Shown here: in pieces, positions 36,813 through 50,532 of the stretch | Layout: each line of letters opens with the position of its first letter | Position numbering within the stretch: position 1 is the first letter of the stretch | Origin: Glaucostegus cemiculus | Taxonomy: Eukaryota | NCBI GenBank assembly: GCA_976551045.1 | Contig: CDPCPM010000146.1 | Location: 806,001-870,000, forward strand | Reading direction: 5' to 3' | Length of the DNA stretch: 64,000 nt | Position numbers and translations under genes: made by a program | Notes under the pieces: model-generated | Database searches by the model: none | Told to the model about the DNA's origin: nothing | The model's input: the letters and a program-made list of their open reading frames with translations, nothing else

Positions 36813-38519
36813 GTTGCTTCTAGATGCAAAACTAGGGTCAATACTGGAAGGACTGGGGCAAAATGTTTCTCCATATGACACTTCAGTGCAAGTTTTGATA
36901 ACATGTTTATGTATGGTCACTTTACAGAAATGTACCCCGTGGACCACTTGGCAATTCTAGGGGCATTTGCACCAGTCTAATTGAACATCTCAAATATTAA
37001 GCCTGCTGTCCTACATTTCATCAACAGAACTTCTCTTGCCTAGTCAATGTGCCAAGGATATCAATGGAGACTCCCAATAATAAACTGAGAACAACATTCA
37101 CAGGCAAATTTACATATGAATATAACCCATCAGATTTATATTTAATAGTGTTGAGTAATGAGAATGGGCTAAAGAATATGAAAATATTCTCAGTTTTCAA
37201 ATAGGGGGAAGCTGCAACAACCAGTCATTACAATGGGGAGGAAGTCGAACTGAACACTTCCTATGCTCAGGACTTGAATATGTGGGTAATAATGTACATC
37301 CTTTATGCCAAACAGAATCTTTGAGTTTTCAGATACTTAATAACTTGTCTTGGAAATTCTTTCCAATTTGCACACGTTCAACTGACCAAAATAAAATCAT
37401 CCAAATCTCGTGTTAGCTGGTCTGGGTTCCACTGCTACAACAGCTAAACAGATGGTGCCTTGCTGAGACTCCCAGAGCTGTAGAAATGAATATTAAACAT
37501 ACATATTTTCATGAAGAGTACTTAACAATCCTTAATTTAATTGGGAGCAAAGGAAGAGCGGGAAGCATTGCATCATTTTCATCACAATGGCAAAAGGACA
37601 ATGCTGAGTTGATATGATTTATGTTATTGTTCTGTATGTGTGGCAGCAAATGAAGAGAGGTTAGATAAACACTCTTCTCTTGAGAATGGTGGCCTTTAAC
37701 AGTGAAAGTGAAATGAAAGAGTTTTGTAATTGAAAATTTTGTTTTACAATAGACTGGGGAAAATAAAATGTTAGGAAGGTAGGTATCCAAGGTGAATTGC
37801 TTGATCACTTCAGTGTCAAGAAATATATGTAAAAAGGGATAACAGCGTAGCAGAATGAGCCAAAGAATATTTTAATATTCTCAGCAATTCTTAATATTGT
37901 GATTTGGAAGATGCTGCAGCAACCAATGATTACAATGCTGCCCAGTTGAACTAATTACTCAAATTCAAATTGCTCCACAGTACGCTATCAATCTTTTGAA
38001 CTTGTCTACAAGTAGTTTTTCCATACAGGAGCCTGCAGGAGCTTTAATTACCTTTTAGGATGCTTTCAACAAAAACATAAAGAGTTAGGTTTGCGACTAC
38101 TGCAAGTAAAAAAGATTCTTGTCATTTTCCTTTGTTTGGCGTTCGCTGCTGTAGTTTTAATATAGAACGTATGTTGTGTCAGTGGAGAAATTTATGCCTA
38201 CTTAATCACCTCTTATTTTCTCTATCTATTCCTTCTTTCACCTTGGGTCCATTTGTGCCAGGAGTTGAGAGACAGTCCAAATTTCGGCTGGAATTCAAGT
38301 AAGCTGTTCAGCTGAATGGCAAGGGATGCAGCTCAAGTAATGTTCTATCAAGAAGATAGAAGAGTATTAAAAAATACAACCCATTTTCATGTTCAGATTG
38401 ACGCATAGGTTTCTAACAAAAGACTCTGTGGTAGAGTTTTGTCTGTTTTTGGGGCAGATGACACAACCTAAACAAAAAACACAAGACTAACCCAAGATGT
38501 GACAGCAGGCTCATAGACT

Positions 38520-38845
38520 CGTACAACACAGGAACAAGTCCTTCAGCCCATCATCTGTGCTGACCATAAAGTACTCATTTATACAATTTTTATTCTATAC
38601 ACAGTCCCATCAACTCCTCCAGATTCTACCACTTACTCACACACTGAGCAAACTACAGTAGGCCAATTGACCAACCAACAGGCACACCTTTGGGATGTAG
38701 GAGAAAATCACAGCACCAAGAGAAAATCAACATCATCAACAGGGGAAGTAGTAAACTCCAGGCAGACGGGACCAGAGGTCAGGATTGAACCTGGGTCGCT
38801 GCATTAACAAGGCGGCAGTTACCAACTGTGTCACTGCGCAACCCA
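38520..38845 (-). mobile_element. Old diverged V-SINE with CR1-type tail
   Basis: Degenerate V-domain (GGGATGTAGGAGAAAATCACAGCACC) and B-box reverse complement GGATTGAACCTGGG. Confidence 0.6.
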
Positions 38846-40294
38846 TTACAGAAACGTAGGTGAGCTCCCAGTACTTTTCGTACCTCCACAGTTCATATTT
38901 CACAACATGAACTTCAAGTGTTCATCTCATTAAAATCAAGATCGAGGCGGGGTTGTGTGTTGGAGAATAGGGGGAGGAGACAATCATGGGCAACAGCAGC
39001 TAGAAGAAGTGCTGGCTACAAATAACTAACATACAAATGGCTAACTAACATTCCATGGTTCCATGAGTGCATGTTTTTCCAGTCCAAAATAGGTATAAGG
39101 CCTATCAATGGCATATGTATGGGGTTCAATCCCTGCTTTAGGCAGAGGACACCTCAAGATAGTCCACATCAGTGTGGAGTTGGATATTTCTCAGGTCCTG
39201 CAAAATTTATCAATTTTGCCCTCCTTAACAGCCCTCCTTGCACGTAAAGTTCCTTGATAATTTTGCTGCACTTAAGGCACTATACATATATGAATTGTTG
39301 CTGCTTGGAAAACAGATGAAAATATGACCAATGTTTATTTACCTGCTTAACTGGTAATTCTAGACCATGTTTATAGCCATATATAAATTGTTAAATTTGA
39401 ATTTAGCAACCACAATAGAAGGTAATAAAGATACAGCATATAAAAAAGAATGTACAAACACAGAAATGCAATGGTCAGAAATAGCTAGATGTATTTATGA
39501 GGCTAATAAAAATAACATTTTTCTACAAGACAGTCTGCAAAAATGTATGTCTGGATGTCAAATTAATCTCACTTGAGGAAGAAAACAGATGTTTAAACAT
39601 ATAGCTGCATAATCTGGTTACCCCTAATTATGTGCATAAATGTTGGCTAAAGATGCTTTTAAGTTTAATTGCAGACAATAATGCATACCATGAGGTTTCA
39701 TCTCTCCCAAATCTGGTGGAGGCACAAAGGATGTAACTAGCCCATTTTGCACCATCACGTAAAGTCAAATATTGTCATATATGTGAACACTGAAGTGAAA
39801 TACAGACTTCAAAGGCGTGGAAATGAAAATGTTTTGCTCTCCAAAAGTGAAGTTTAAAAAAATGCTCATATTTGTGTAACGAAGAGTACAGGATAAAATA
39901 GCTCTCCTATGTTTACAATTTTTTTCTTTGCTCTCTAGAAGCATTGATTCCAAGGATGTTGGCAGTACATGGTTACTTTGTTAAGTAATAACTGTAAACC
40001 TGGAGAGTGAAACTCTTCGACTGTAGATTTCATCACAGATGAACCCAATCTGTCTTTTGTGCTATATTCACTTTCTAAGGGGGTGGGTCATTAGATAATG
40101 ATACATTGATGATTCTTTGCCTCAACAGTTCCTCCCTTCATCTGCTCACCAAAATTTCCCACTCCCCACCAAGTATTCCCCTTTACCCTTCTCCCTATTT
40201 CTCAATTCAGAATTGCCGAGGTCTACGTTCTTGATCAAGATCAACTAACTTGGGTTGTAGCAGGATTTGACATTTAGGAAAATAAACAACATAA

Positions 40295-43200
40295 CTAAAA
40301 GTAGAGATACCTCAGTCTACACTTCTATCAAAGACCCCACCCACCCCAGACAGTCTTTCTCCTCTCTTCCCCCCCCACCCCCCGACCCATTGGGCAGAAG
40401 TTACAAAGACCTCAGCACTTAAAAAAAAACATGGTATGCAAAGGGTTAAAAATATGTCCGGGTCTTTTCAGGAATTTTTTCAGGAATTTTATTTTTCTTT
40501 ATATCAATCAGAATCGTCTGATGAGCCCACATTAATGTGTGAATTTTTAAGAGGTTTGAAGATTCCTCAACTTTCTTTAAATGATCATTCTATATTAGAT
40601 GCTCCCATGTTAGAAGAAGAAATAAGGAATGTGATATTTTCAATGAAATCGGGTAAAGCACCAGGTCCTGATGGATATACAGTTGAATTTTTTAAAGCTT
40701 TTTCGGATATTCTTGTTCCCTGGTTAGTCAAAATTTTTAAAGATGCTTTATCAGTGGGCAAGTTACCACAATCTTTTTATGAAGCAACTATTTCTTTAAT
40801 TCTTAAAAAGGATAAAGATCCCACTGATTGTGCATCGTACAGGCCCATCTCTTTATTAAATGTAGATTTTAAAATATTTTCCAAACTACTGGCCCTTAGG
40901 CTGGAAAAAGTTCTCCCACAAATCATTTCTGAAGATCAGACAGGATTTATCCAGAATCGTTATTTACATTTTAATATTAGGAGATTAATGAATATTATAT
41001 ATACTCCTTCATCTCAAATTCCAGAATGTGTTGTTTCTCTAGATGCTGAAAAAGCATTTGACAGAGTTGAATGGGATTATTTATTCACTACACTTCAAAA
41101 ATTTAATTTCAGCCCTAAATTTATATCTGCGATTAAAATGATTTATTATACACCAATGGCTTCAGTATTCACTAATAATCAAAGATCTCCTTCTTTTAGG
41201 CTCTTTCGAGGTACTAGGCAAGGTTGTCCGTTAAGCCCCTTATTATTCGATATTGCTTTAGAACCTTTGGCTATTGCAATCCGAGACTCTTTAAATATAC
41301 ATGGTATTATTCGTGGACAGAATACTCATAAGATATCTCTTTATGCAGATGACTTATTACTTTATATTTCTAATCCAGACGAATCGATCCCTGCAGTACT
41401 ATTATTATTAGATCAATTCAGTGTTTTTTCTGGTTATCGACTAAATCGACTAAAGAGTGAACTTTTTCCACTGAATATGAAAACCTCAATTTATAGCCAG
41501 TTACCCTTTAAATTGGTAACTGATTATTTTATGTATTTAGGTGTTAAAATTACTAATAAACATAAGGATTTATTTAAAGCTAATTTTTTACCTTTATTTG
41601 ACCAAGTTAAACAATCGCTTACTAAATGGTCTCCAATGTCTTTATCACTGATAGGCCGAATTAATGTAATTAAGATGAATATCTTACCAAAATTTTTATA
41701 TTTATTTCAAGCGATTCCAATTTTTATCCCAAAGTCTTTTTTTGACAAGGTTGATTCTAAAATTCTTTCATATATTTGGCAGAACAAGAATCCAAGACTA
41801 AGTAAGAAATGTTTATAAAAACTGAAAAAGGATGGTGGTATGGCCTTGCCTAATTTTAGATTATATTATTGGGCAATCAATATCAGATATTTAATTTTTT
41901 GGACACAAGACTTAAATGTTATTCAATGGCCTAAATGGGTACATCTTGAGTATCAATCAACACTTGAATTTTCGTTATTCTCTATTTTAGGAGCTTCACT
42001 TCCTTTTGCACTTACCAAATTAAGTAAATATATGACTAACCCAATCATTAAACATACATTACGAATATGGTTTCAATTTCGTAAATTCTTTGGATTGACT
42101 AAATTTGTTTTGTCAAGTCCTATACAATCTAATTTTTTTTTTCAACCATCTAGACTAGATACAGCTTTTTCTTTATGGAAAAGGAAGGGAATAGTATGCT
42201 TTTGTGATCTATTCATTGATAACTGTTTTGCATCTTTTGAACAGCTGTCTAATAAATATAATTTACCTAGATCACATTTTTTTCGATATTTGCAGATTAG
42301 AAATTTTTTAAAAGCTACTATACCTTCCTTTCCATTTCTTTATAAAGATGAAATTATTGATAAAATTTTAGGTTTTAATCCTCATCAGAAGGGCTTGACA
42401 GCAATAATTTATGATTTAATTATGAAAATACCAGCAGATTCACTGGACAAAATTAAAAATGATTGGGAAATTGAACTGCAGATTTCTATATCTATAGAGA
42501 CTTGGAAGAAAATTCTTCATTTAGTTAATACATCCTCAATGTGTGCCAGACATTCATTGATACAGTTTAAAGTTGTGCACAGGGCCTATATGTCCAAAGA
42601 TAAGCTAGCTCGTTTTTATGATCGTATAAACCCTATATGTGACAGATGTAAATCAAACGTGGCTTCTTTGTCACATATGTTCTGGTCTTGTCCTAATTTG
42701 GAAAAATATTGGAAAGACATTTTTAATATTATTTCAGATGTATTGAAGATCGATTTACAACCTCACCCTATTACTGCAATTTTTGGATTACCATGGATAA
42801 AGTCTGGCCATTTACCTGCTTCTGCTAATCGTATGATTGCTTTTGTTACATTGATGGCCAAACGAGCAATTCTGCTCAAATGGAAGGATCCAATACCCCC
42901 TACCACTTTTCAATGGTTCTCTCAAACTATTTCATGTCTTAATTTGGAAAAAATTAGGAGTGGTACTGTTGATTCTTCGCTTAAATTTGAAGATGTTTGG
43001 AGTCCATTTATTCAATACTTTCATACAATGTAGTCTCCCCTTCTATAACTTTTTTTTTAAATTTAGAGAAACGGAGCTGACGACATTATATTGTTCTATC
43101 TCTATTGAATTTTAGCCCAGTTTTTTTTTCTTCTTGTTTTGTTTTTTTTTTCCCTTTTTTTTTAAATTCATTTTTGGTTCAATTTATTCTATATTATGAT

Positions 43201-43806
43201 TTTTTAAATTGTTTTTTCTTAAAAAATGTTTTGGGGTTTTTTTTTGTTTTGTTTTTTTTTTCTTCTAATTATATAACAAATCTTTTTCTTTTTTATTTTT
43301 TATATTACATTTATGAACTGAGATATTGTTGGAATTATTTCTTTTATATATATCATATTTTATTGCTTTTTTTAATGATTATCTACGATTTATTTGATAT
43401 TTATATAATACATGTGTAAACATTGTTGTTATATATCTTAACCTGTAATGATTTGTTATCAATAAAAAGATTGAAAAAGAAAGAAGTTACAAAGACCTGA
43501 AAACACTATCCACCAGGTTCAAGGACAGCTTCTATCCACTGTTATAAGACTATTCAATGGTTCCCCCAGTATAATAAGATGGACTCTTGACCTCATAATC
43601 TACCTCTTTATGGCTTGCACTTTATTATCTGCCTGCACTGCACTTTCTCTGTAACTGTAACACTTTATTCTGCATTCTGTTATTGTTTTCCCTTGTACTA
43701 CCTCAATACACTGATGTGATGAAATCACCTGTATGGTAGCATGCAAAACAAAGTTTTCACTGTACCTCAGGACACGTGACAATAATAAATCAATTTACCA
43801 ATTTAC
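40295..43806 (+). mobile_element. Rex1/Babar-like LINE 3' fragment split by the L1
   Basis: Joining the flanks across the TSD restores IKDPTHP...GRSYKDLKTLSTRFKDSFYP plus the 3'UTR ending GTGACAATAATAAATCAATTTACC, similar to 22383-22850. Confidence 0.8.
40413..43481 (+). mobile_element. 5'-truncated fish-type LINE-1: ORF2 RT, C-terminal Zn knuckle and 3'UTR
   Basis: ORFs 40436-41818 and 41840-43033 are in the same frame, split by one TAA (41816-41818). Motifs KAPGPDG, YRPISLLN, LDAEKAFD, QGCPLSP, YADD, CDRC...HMFWSC. AATAAA at 43461. 17-bp TSD AGAAGTTACAAAGACCT at 40396-40412 and 43482-43498. Confidence 0.95.
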
Positions 43807-45109
43807 CTTTGGAGTACCTTATGTAATTCTCGGCAGACAGCTGACAGCTTCATTGGCAGAAATCTGTAAGACATGGTTAGTTTTAATGTAAATTGTCCTG
43901 TAATTTTATCATTTTCCAGGATGTGCAACAACAATATGGGCAACCTCAAAAAGCAATAAAATTATAGGGCAGTTTTACACAGAAAAACTTCAAATATATA
44001 AACAAAATGTCCTTGAATTATGGGAGCAATGGAAATACATGAGCAAGTTCAAGGCATTAATTAACCAGGGAGCTGAAATGACATCCTGTAGCAGAATAGT
44101 TTAGAACAATTCTGATATTTCATTCTTGTCATGAAAACACCCCTGGGTAGCTGTTAACTTTTCTAAATAAATTGAGGTATTTTCAGGTGGAAAGCCATTT
44201 TGGGAAAGTTTTGTCACTTTTGGAAGAAATAACTTTGCTCAGTAATTTCTGCCAAAGTTTCTGATGCTCTTGTGAAGTTCAACCTCACTGACAGAAATTC
44301 AAGATAGGTCACCAGCAAGTGATGTGGAAACATTACAGAAAGCACAAAATTACATCTAGAAGGCCCATTACTAGAATTACTAGAGTAGAAGGCCCATTAC
44401 TAAAATACCACCTAAAATCAGGGAATTTAGCAGAGAATGAGGAAGGGTACTTAAAAAACAATTTTTGCAGAGTATGTTCTTGGACACTTAGTGAGAGTCA
44501 TTTTAACTTTGGATAATGGTGTAAAAGAAGTAAATTTGATTCAGCCATCTGTTAAACATTCCTCCCAGAAGAAATGTACAAGCAACCAAATCGACAGTAT
44601 CCATTTTGAAGTATTACCAAAGACACAATTAACTATTCTAATTTTTGGATACACTGGGGATCCCCAAATGAAAACCAAGAATGGAGCCAAGGGTCAGATA
44701 GCTTAATGATTGCACAAAATGAAAAAGATCTTTGTTACTTTACGAGCTAGCATTAGACTTTGGAAAGGGAAACCAAACTGTTGTTATACATCTATAGCAC
44801 TGACAATCTACAAGACAAAGTGGAAATTGCCCAAGTGTGACCAGTGAACAAAAACCAGGAAATCTCCAAGTGAAAGTTTAAAAAACTGTAGATGTGAGAA
44901 ATCTGAAATAAAAACACAAACAAGAGAAATAGAACTAATGTTTCAGTTGAATACCCCTCATCACATTCTTTGACTTGAAATGCAGACTCTGGTGCTCTTT
45001 CCACAGGTGCTTCATGACCAGTTGAGTGTTTATAGCACTTTCTGTTGGAAATATCCAGCATGGCCTACTCTCAAATGTCAGAAAAATGAAGAGAGATGTT
45101 ACTGATGAC

Positions 45110-45402
45110 ATTATAAGATTATTGAATAGTCCCCTAGTATGATAAGATGGACTCTTGACCTCACAATCTACCTCGTTATGGCCATGTACCTTATCGTCTA
45201 ACTGCACCACACTTGCTCTGTAACTTTAACACTTTATTCTGCGTTCTGTTATTGTTTTCCCTTGTACTACCTCAAAGCACTGATGTGATGAAATGACCTG
45301 TATGGACGACATACTATCAGGGATCCTTGGACTTGTACACCAAGGTCCTTCTATTCAAAGTTTTTCACGTACTTCTGCACGTGACAATAATAAACCAATT
45401 TA
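45110..45402 (+). mobile_element. Rex1-like 3'UTR fragment
   Basis: Closely similar to 43545-43806. Confidence 0.75.
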
Positions 45403-45774
45403 CTTCATTCATCAATAATTTGCCCACAGATAATCAGGACCATTCATTCCCAGACCTCATTAAGTCTTGTCCTGAGCATCGACAACATAATTGAATTGCA
45501 GAGGTCAGAGTCTACACTTGCCATCAAACCAACATTTAGCTGAGATGGCATGAAGCAGCCACAGGCAACTGGGAACCAGGAGCAAAGCCCTGCACTGTCT
45601 TGAATGAAGCAAAAAGGAAGATGGTTGCAGGCTTCAGCCTTTGGATATCACTGCAATTACTTTGGCAATAATCTTCCTTCCATTATGAAACCAGAAATCA
45701 AGATGCTTACTGATTTATTTTTATTTCCTCAGTTAGTTATACATACAGTATCTAACACAAAGTTGTGCCCATCT

Positions 45775-46595
45775 TACTGACCGATCAATATCTACAGGAT
45801 GATATTGATCCGTTTTTAAAATGGGCATAGCAATGACAGATAGAATTTAATTCTGATAACTGCTAAGTGATGCACTTTGGGAGGGCTAATAAAGGTAGGG
45901 CATAAACAATGAAAGGTATGGCCCCAGGGAACAGAAGGACTTTGGTGTACAAGTCCAAGAATCTACCTGGACCACAGGTAGATAGGGTAGTAAAGAAGGC
46001 ATAAGGGATACTTTCCTTCATTAGTCAGGGTTTAGAACATAAGAGAAAGGAGGTTATGGTACAACTTTATAAAACAAATCATCAGACCACTGTTGGAGAA
46101 TTATAAGACAAGATATCTTTATTAATTACATGTACATCAAAACATACAGTGAAATGCATCTTTTGCGTAGAGTGTTCTGGGGGCAGCCCACAAGTGTCGC
46201 CACGCTTCTGGTGCCAACATAGCATGCCCACAATTTCCTAACCTGTACGTCTCTGTAATGTGGGAGGAAACCAGAGCACCCAGTGGAAACTCACGCAGAC
46301 ACGGAAAGAACATACAAACTCCTTACAGACAGTGGCCGGAATGGAACCCGGGTTGCTGGTGCTGTAATAGCGCTATGTTAACTGCTACACTACTGTGCCT
46401 AGCTCTGGTTGCCACACTATGTGATTACACTGGAGAAACTGCAGAGGAGATTCACCAGGATTTTGATTTTAGGATGCAGCATTTTGGGTAAGAGGAGAGA
46501 CTAGGTAGGCTGGGTTTTTCCTGAGAGAGGAGTAGGGTGTAGAGTAAATAAGTAGGGACCTGATGGAGACATACAAACTTATGAGGGACATAACA
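45775..46595 (+). mobile_element. Degraded CR1 fragment interrupted by a V-SINE
   Basis: LQDDID....WA..W..EFN...C.VMHFG-like sequence that resumes after the SINE at ~46400. Confidence 0.7.
46104..46392 (-). mobile_element. V-SINE, alternative tail
   Basis: Same family; inserted in a CR1. Confidence 0.88.
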
Positions 46596-48489
46596 GTTCC
46601 CATGACAGTGTGGTTCCTCTCAGTGCATCACTTTCCTACCCATGCCAAAGACATAGGTTAATTGGATACAGCAAACTGCCGCTCATGTAGCTGGGTGGCA
46701 GGAGAACTGGTGTGCAGGTTGTTGGAGTTGGTAGGGATGTGAGACAAAAAATGTGATTAGTGTAGATGAGTTCTTGATGGTTAGTGTGAATGTGGTTGAT
46801 CAAAGGGCTTACATACATCCTCTATGCCTCTATTTGCTTATATGTGAAGATACTGAACTTGGAAGCAAACCCTCCCAATTTCTTTTACTTTCTTATCTTT
46901 ACAGATTGAACTGGACTTTTTAAGCCTCAAGCTATGCGCACAATCATTACCTTGAGCTTCACTTACACTACCTACCAGCTTGATTTTAATGAAACCTTCA
47001 GCCGATTGTTTGTTTCCCGATGCACAAGCGTCCAACTGGCACAGAGGAAATAGCACTGCAGGTTGGGAAGAACTCAGATAAATAGGTGAACCTTCAATCC
47101 ATAAGATAAACAATAAGCAATTAACTTGCTAGACTTGGTAATCAGTGAACCCTTCACATGGTCTCTTGTTCTGTGCATTTGGCAGCTGTCCTCCTTGGCT
47201 ACAAACTAACTGAGATATAAAAAAGCAGAGGCACAGGTAATCAGATTCGGCAGAACATGGCAGGTTACTCTCATTTTTAAACTGAAATCTGTGAGGGCGT
47301 TTGCCAAGATAATGCCAATGAACATTTAGCAGTCACCTCCTTTAAGACAAGTGACAAGTCCTATAGATACGGGGAAGTGTGGTGTGCTCTTTATTTTGTA
47401 TTTTTATGTGAATGCATGATTGACTGAATTGAAATGGTGCAATCATACCTACTGAGCTGCACACTCATTTTGTAGTGGAATGAAGCAGTTATTCAGCTTT
47501 CATTTACCTAGATGACAAACACGATGGTGCTGGAGGAACTCAGCAGGTCAAGCAGCATCCGTGGAAAAAAGCAGGCAGTCAACATTTCAGGTCAGGACCC
47601 TGTTTCAGGAGAGTCCTGAATTTCACTGTGTGTTTCGATGTACATGTGACTAATAAAGATATTTTATAATAACATGTCCACATTGCTTCATATCACCTTT
47701 TGTGCACCACTATTAATCTGGAGATTACTTGTATCAGTTTATTGATCTGTACTTGTATAACGATTGTGAAGTCATTCCAAATGAAGATAAAACCTCTACC
47801 TTCCCCTAGATTTATATGGGAGATAAACCAGGACTCCTCATCAGTATTCTGTGGGAAAAGCATTACGTATGTATGCTGGGTGAGAAAACACTCTAGATTG
47901 TCTGTAATTCCCATCTCAGTTAAATAGCATGCTGCCACTCAGGGTTAGGTTGACTAATTGTTACATATGTGAAGGTCCATTCACATTGATAGTGTGTTGT
48001 CAGCATTATGGTGGGAAAAGCTAGACATCAAGATTGTGGCTCACATGAAGAATATCAATTTGAATGTTGTGAACCATTAGATTTTCCTCTGAGTCTCTGG
48101 AAAACAGAATAATTTCAGTCTACTTGGAACTCCTCCAGCATTACAATGCCAACAGAAAGAGAGAAATTGGGCCATAAAACATGGTCAGCAGGTCATAATT
48201 AACCATATCCCGTGGGAAAGGATAATTTGTAACTTTACTGAATAGATTGAAATGAAATGGTTCAATAATATATGGATGTACATTTCAGGTCGAGGCTTTT
48301 GAAACTTTGATTCCACCTTTACAGTATTTGATTATTACATCTGAGTAATTTTCAACTCCTGTACCCTTTATGTTGGAAGATTCTGCAGCATGCAGTGAAA
48401 CTGCAATTCTACTGAGTTATCTGGTGAACCATTTAGACTTTTCACTCCTGGTTCCATCAGTCCAAAAATAGACTCAGTGGCTTACCATG

Positions 48490-48782
48490 TAATATAGTGT
48501 AGCAGTTAGGGTAATGCTTTACAGCGCCAGCGAACTGGGTTCAAATCCAGCCACTGTCTGTAAGGAGTTTGTATGTTCTCCCTTTGTCTGCGTGAGTTTC
48601 CTCTGGGTGCTCCAGTTTCCTCCCACATTCCAAAGATGTACAGGTTAGGAAGTTGTGGGCATGCTCTGTTGGCGCTGGAAGTCTGGCGACACTTGCGGGC
48701 TGCCCCCAGAACACTCTACGCAGAAAGATGTATTTCACTGTGTGTTTCGATGTACATGTCACTAATATAAAGATATCTTATA
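48490..48782 (+). mobile_element. V-SINE, alternative tail
   Basis: Same family. Confidence 0.88.
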
Positions 48783-49084
48783 TTGGGCAGGGCTGCAGTT
48801 GACATCGCCACCTGAGGGCTTAGTAAAAGGAACATAAGTTACATTTGTCTATCATCGCTCTCAGTACCCTTTTTGAATAATGTTCTCCTATATTAATATT
48901 AACCATGAATAAATAGTGGCTGTAGAACTGAGTCAGCACTTCTAATGTTCTTCATGGGCTACTGTATTTTCAACATGAAGGAGAGGAAACACGATCACGC
49001 AAATGGGTAGGCATATACCATACTGAGTAAGGACAAATATCAGGTGTCCCTTTCTCATACATAATGCAGATTCTTCATATAAAA

Positions 49085-49388
49085 AATAAGACAAGATGAG
49101 ATATTGTTATTACTCACATGTACTTCGAAACACACAGTGAAATGCAGCTTTTTGTGTAGAATGTTCTGGGGCAGCCCGCAAGTGTTGCCACGCTTCCGGT
49201 GCCAACATAGCACGTCCACAACTTCCTCACATGTACAACTTTGGAATATGGGAGGAAACCGGAGCACCCGGAGGAAACCCATGCGCACACGGGGAGAATG
49301 TACAAACTCCTTACAGACAGTGGTTGGAATTGAACCCGGGTCGCTGGCACTGTAATAGTGTTACACTAACCGCTACACTACCATGCCA
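49085..49388 (-). mobile_element. V-SINE, alternative tail
   Basis: Same family, full head. Confidence 0.88.
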
Positions 49389-50169
49389 GTGTTTAACAAC
49401 TGCTTAAACTCTCTCCAAAATTAGGCTTGCCCTAAATCAGCCAGTGCCAACAAGCCCTAGAGACTGACTGCACAAAGCAACATGTGCTGCCAGGGGAGGT
49501 GGTGGAAGCAGATACGATAGCAATGTTTAAGAGGCATTTAGACAGACACATGAACAAGTAGGGAACAAAGGGATAAGGACCTGGTGCAGGCAGATAGGAT
49601 TAGTTTAACTTGGCCTCAAGGTCAGCACAGACATAGTAGGCCAGGGGGTCTGTTCTTGTGCTGTATTGTTCTGTTTTATAGCTGAAAATAAGCCCTCCTA
49701 CACCCACCCCATATTTAGTTACTCTCCCTACATCTAATTGCCCCCACCAACTTCTTCTGTTGCCCCACCTCTGTGCCTTTCCCCACCACCAGCAGGATAC
49801 CCTGTGTGGGCCCATCACATCCATGATCTTGACCCTAATCCCTGACAACATTTACTACACTGTCAGAGTTCAGACATGTCACTCTCTTGAATGGCAGCTC
49901 TTTAAAATTCACCTGCAACAGTGAAATATGTCCTGGCTCCACTTTCTGGAGAGCCTTAGGCTTTACCATTCCCAGCTGTTAAATTAAGCTTTACCTACTC
50001 CCTCACTTCCAATCAACAAAACCAAAACCAGTCATGGGCCAATCTGTGGATCAATAAGTGGAAGAAAGAAATTTATATATAATCAGCACAATAGTGTATA
50101 ACAACCTGGAGAATTCAGAAAAAAATAACCAATAGCACAAATGGAAACAAGCAATTCCAAAATTGCTGA

Positions 50170-50532
50170 CAGGTGTATAAGATATTGAGAGGAATAGATA
50201 GAGTTGAGAGCCAGCGCCTCTTTCCCAGAGTGCAGATGCTCAAGACGAGAGGGCATGTCTTTAAGATATTGGGTGGAAAGTTCAGGGGAGATGTCAGAGG
50301 GAAGTTTTTCACCCAGAGAGTGGTTCGCGCATGGAATGCGCTGCCTGGGGTGGTGGTAGAGGCAGATACGTTGGACAGGTTCAAGAGATTGTTAGATAGG
50401 CACATGGAAGAATGTGGAATAGTAGGATACGTGGGAGAAAAGAGTTAGATTGTGAGACATTTGAAGGATGGCACAACTTGGTGGGCTGAAGGGCCTGTTT
50501 TGTGCTGTATTGTTCTATGGTTTCTATGGTTT
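50170..50532 (+). mobile_element. CR1 3' fragment, same subfamily as 30490-30900
   Basis: Near-identical nucleotide and peptide sequence. Confidence 0.92.

Noticed and set aside
43105-43419. 104-aa Phe-rich hydrophobic ORF
   Set aside because: Translation of the T-rich L1 3'UTR.
44345-44405. Short local duplications (TAGAAGGCCCATTACTA twice; also AGATTGCCCTCCAAG twice near 14890-14923)
   Set aside because: Ordinary slippage-type microduplications with no further structure.
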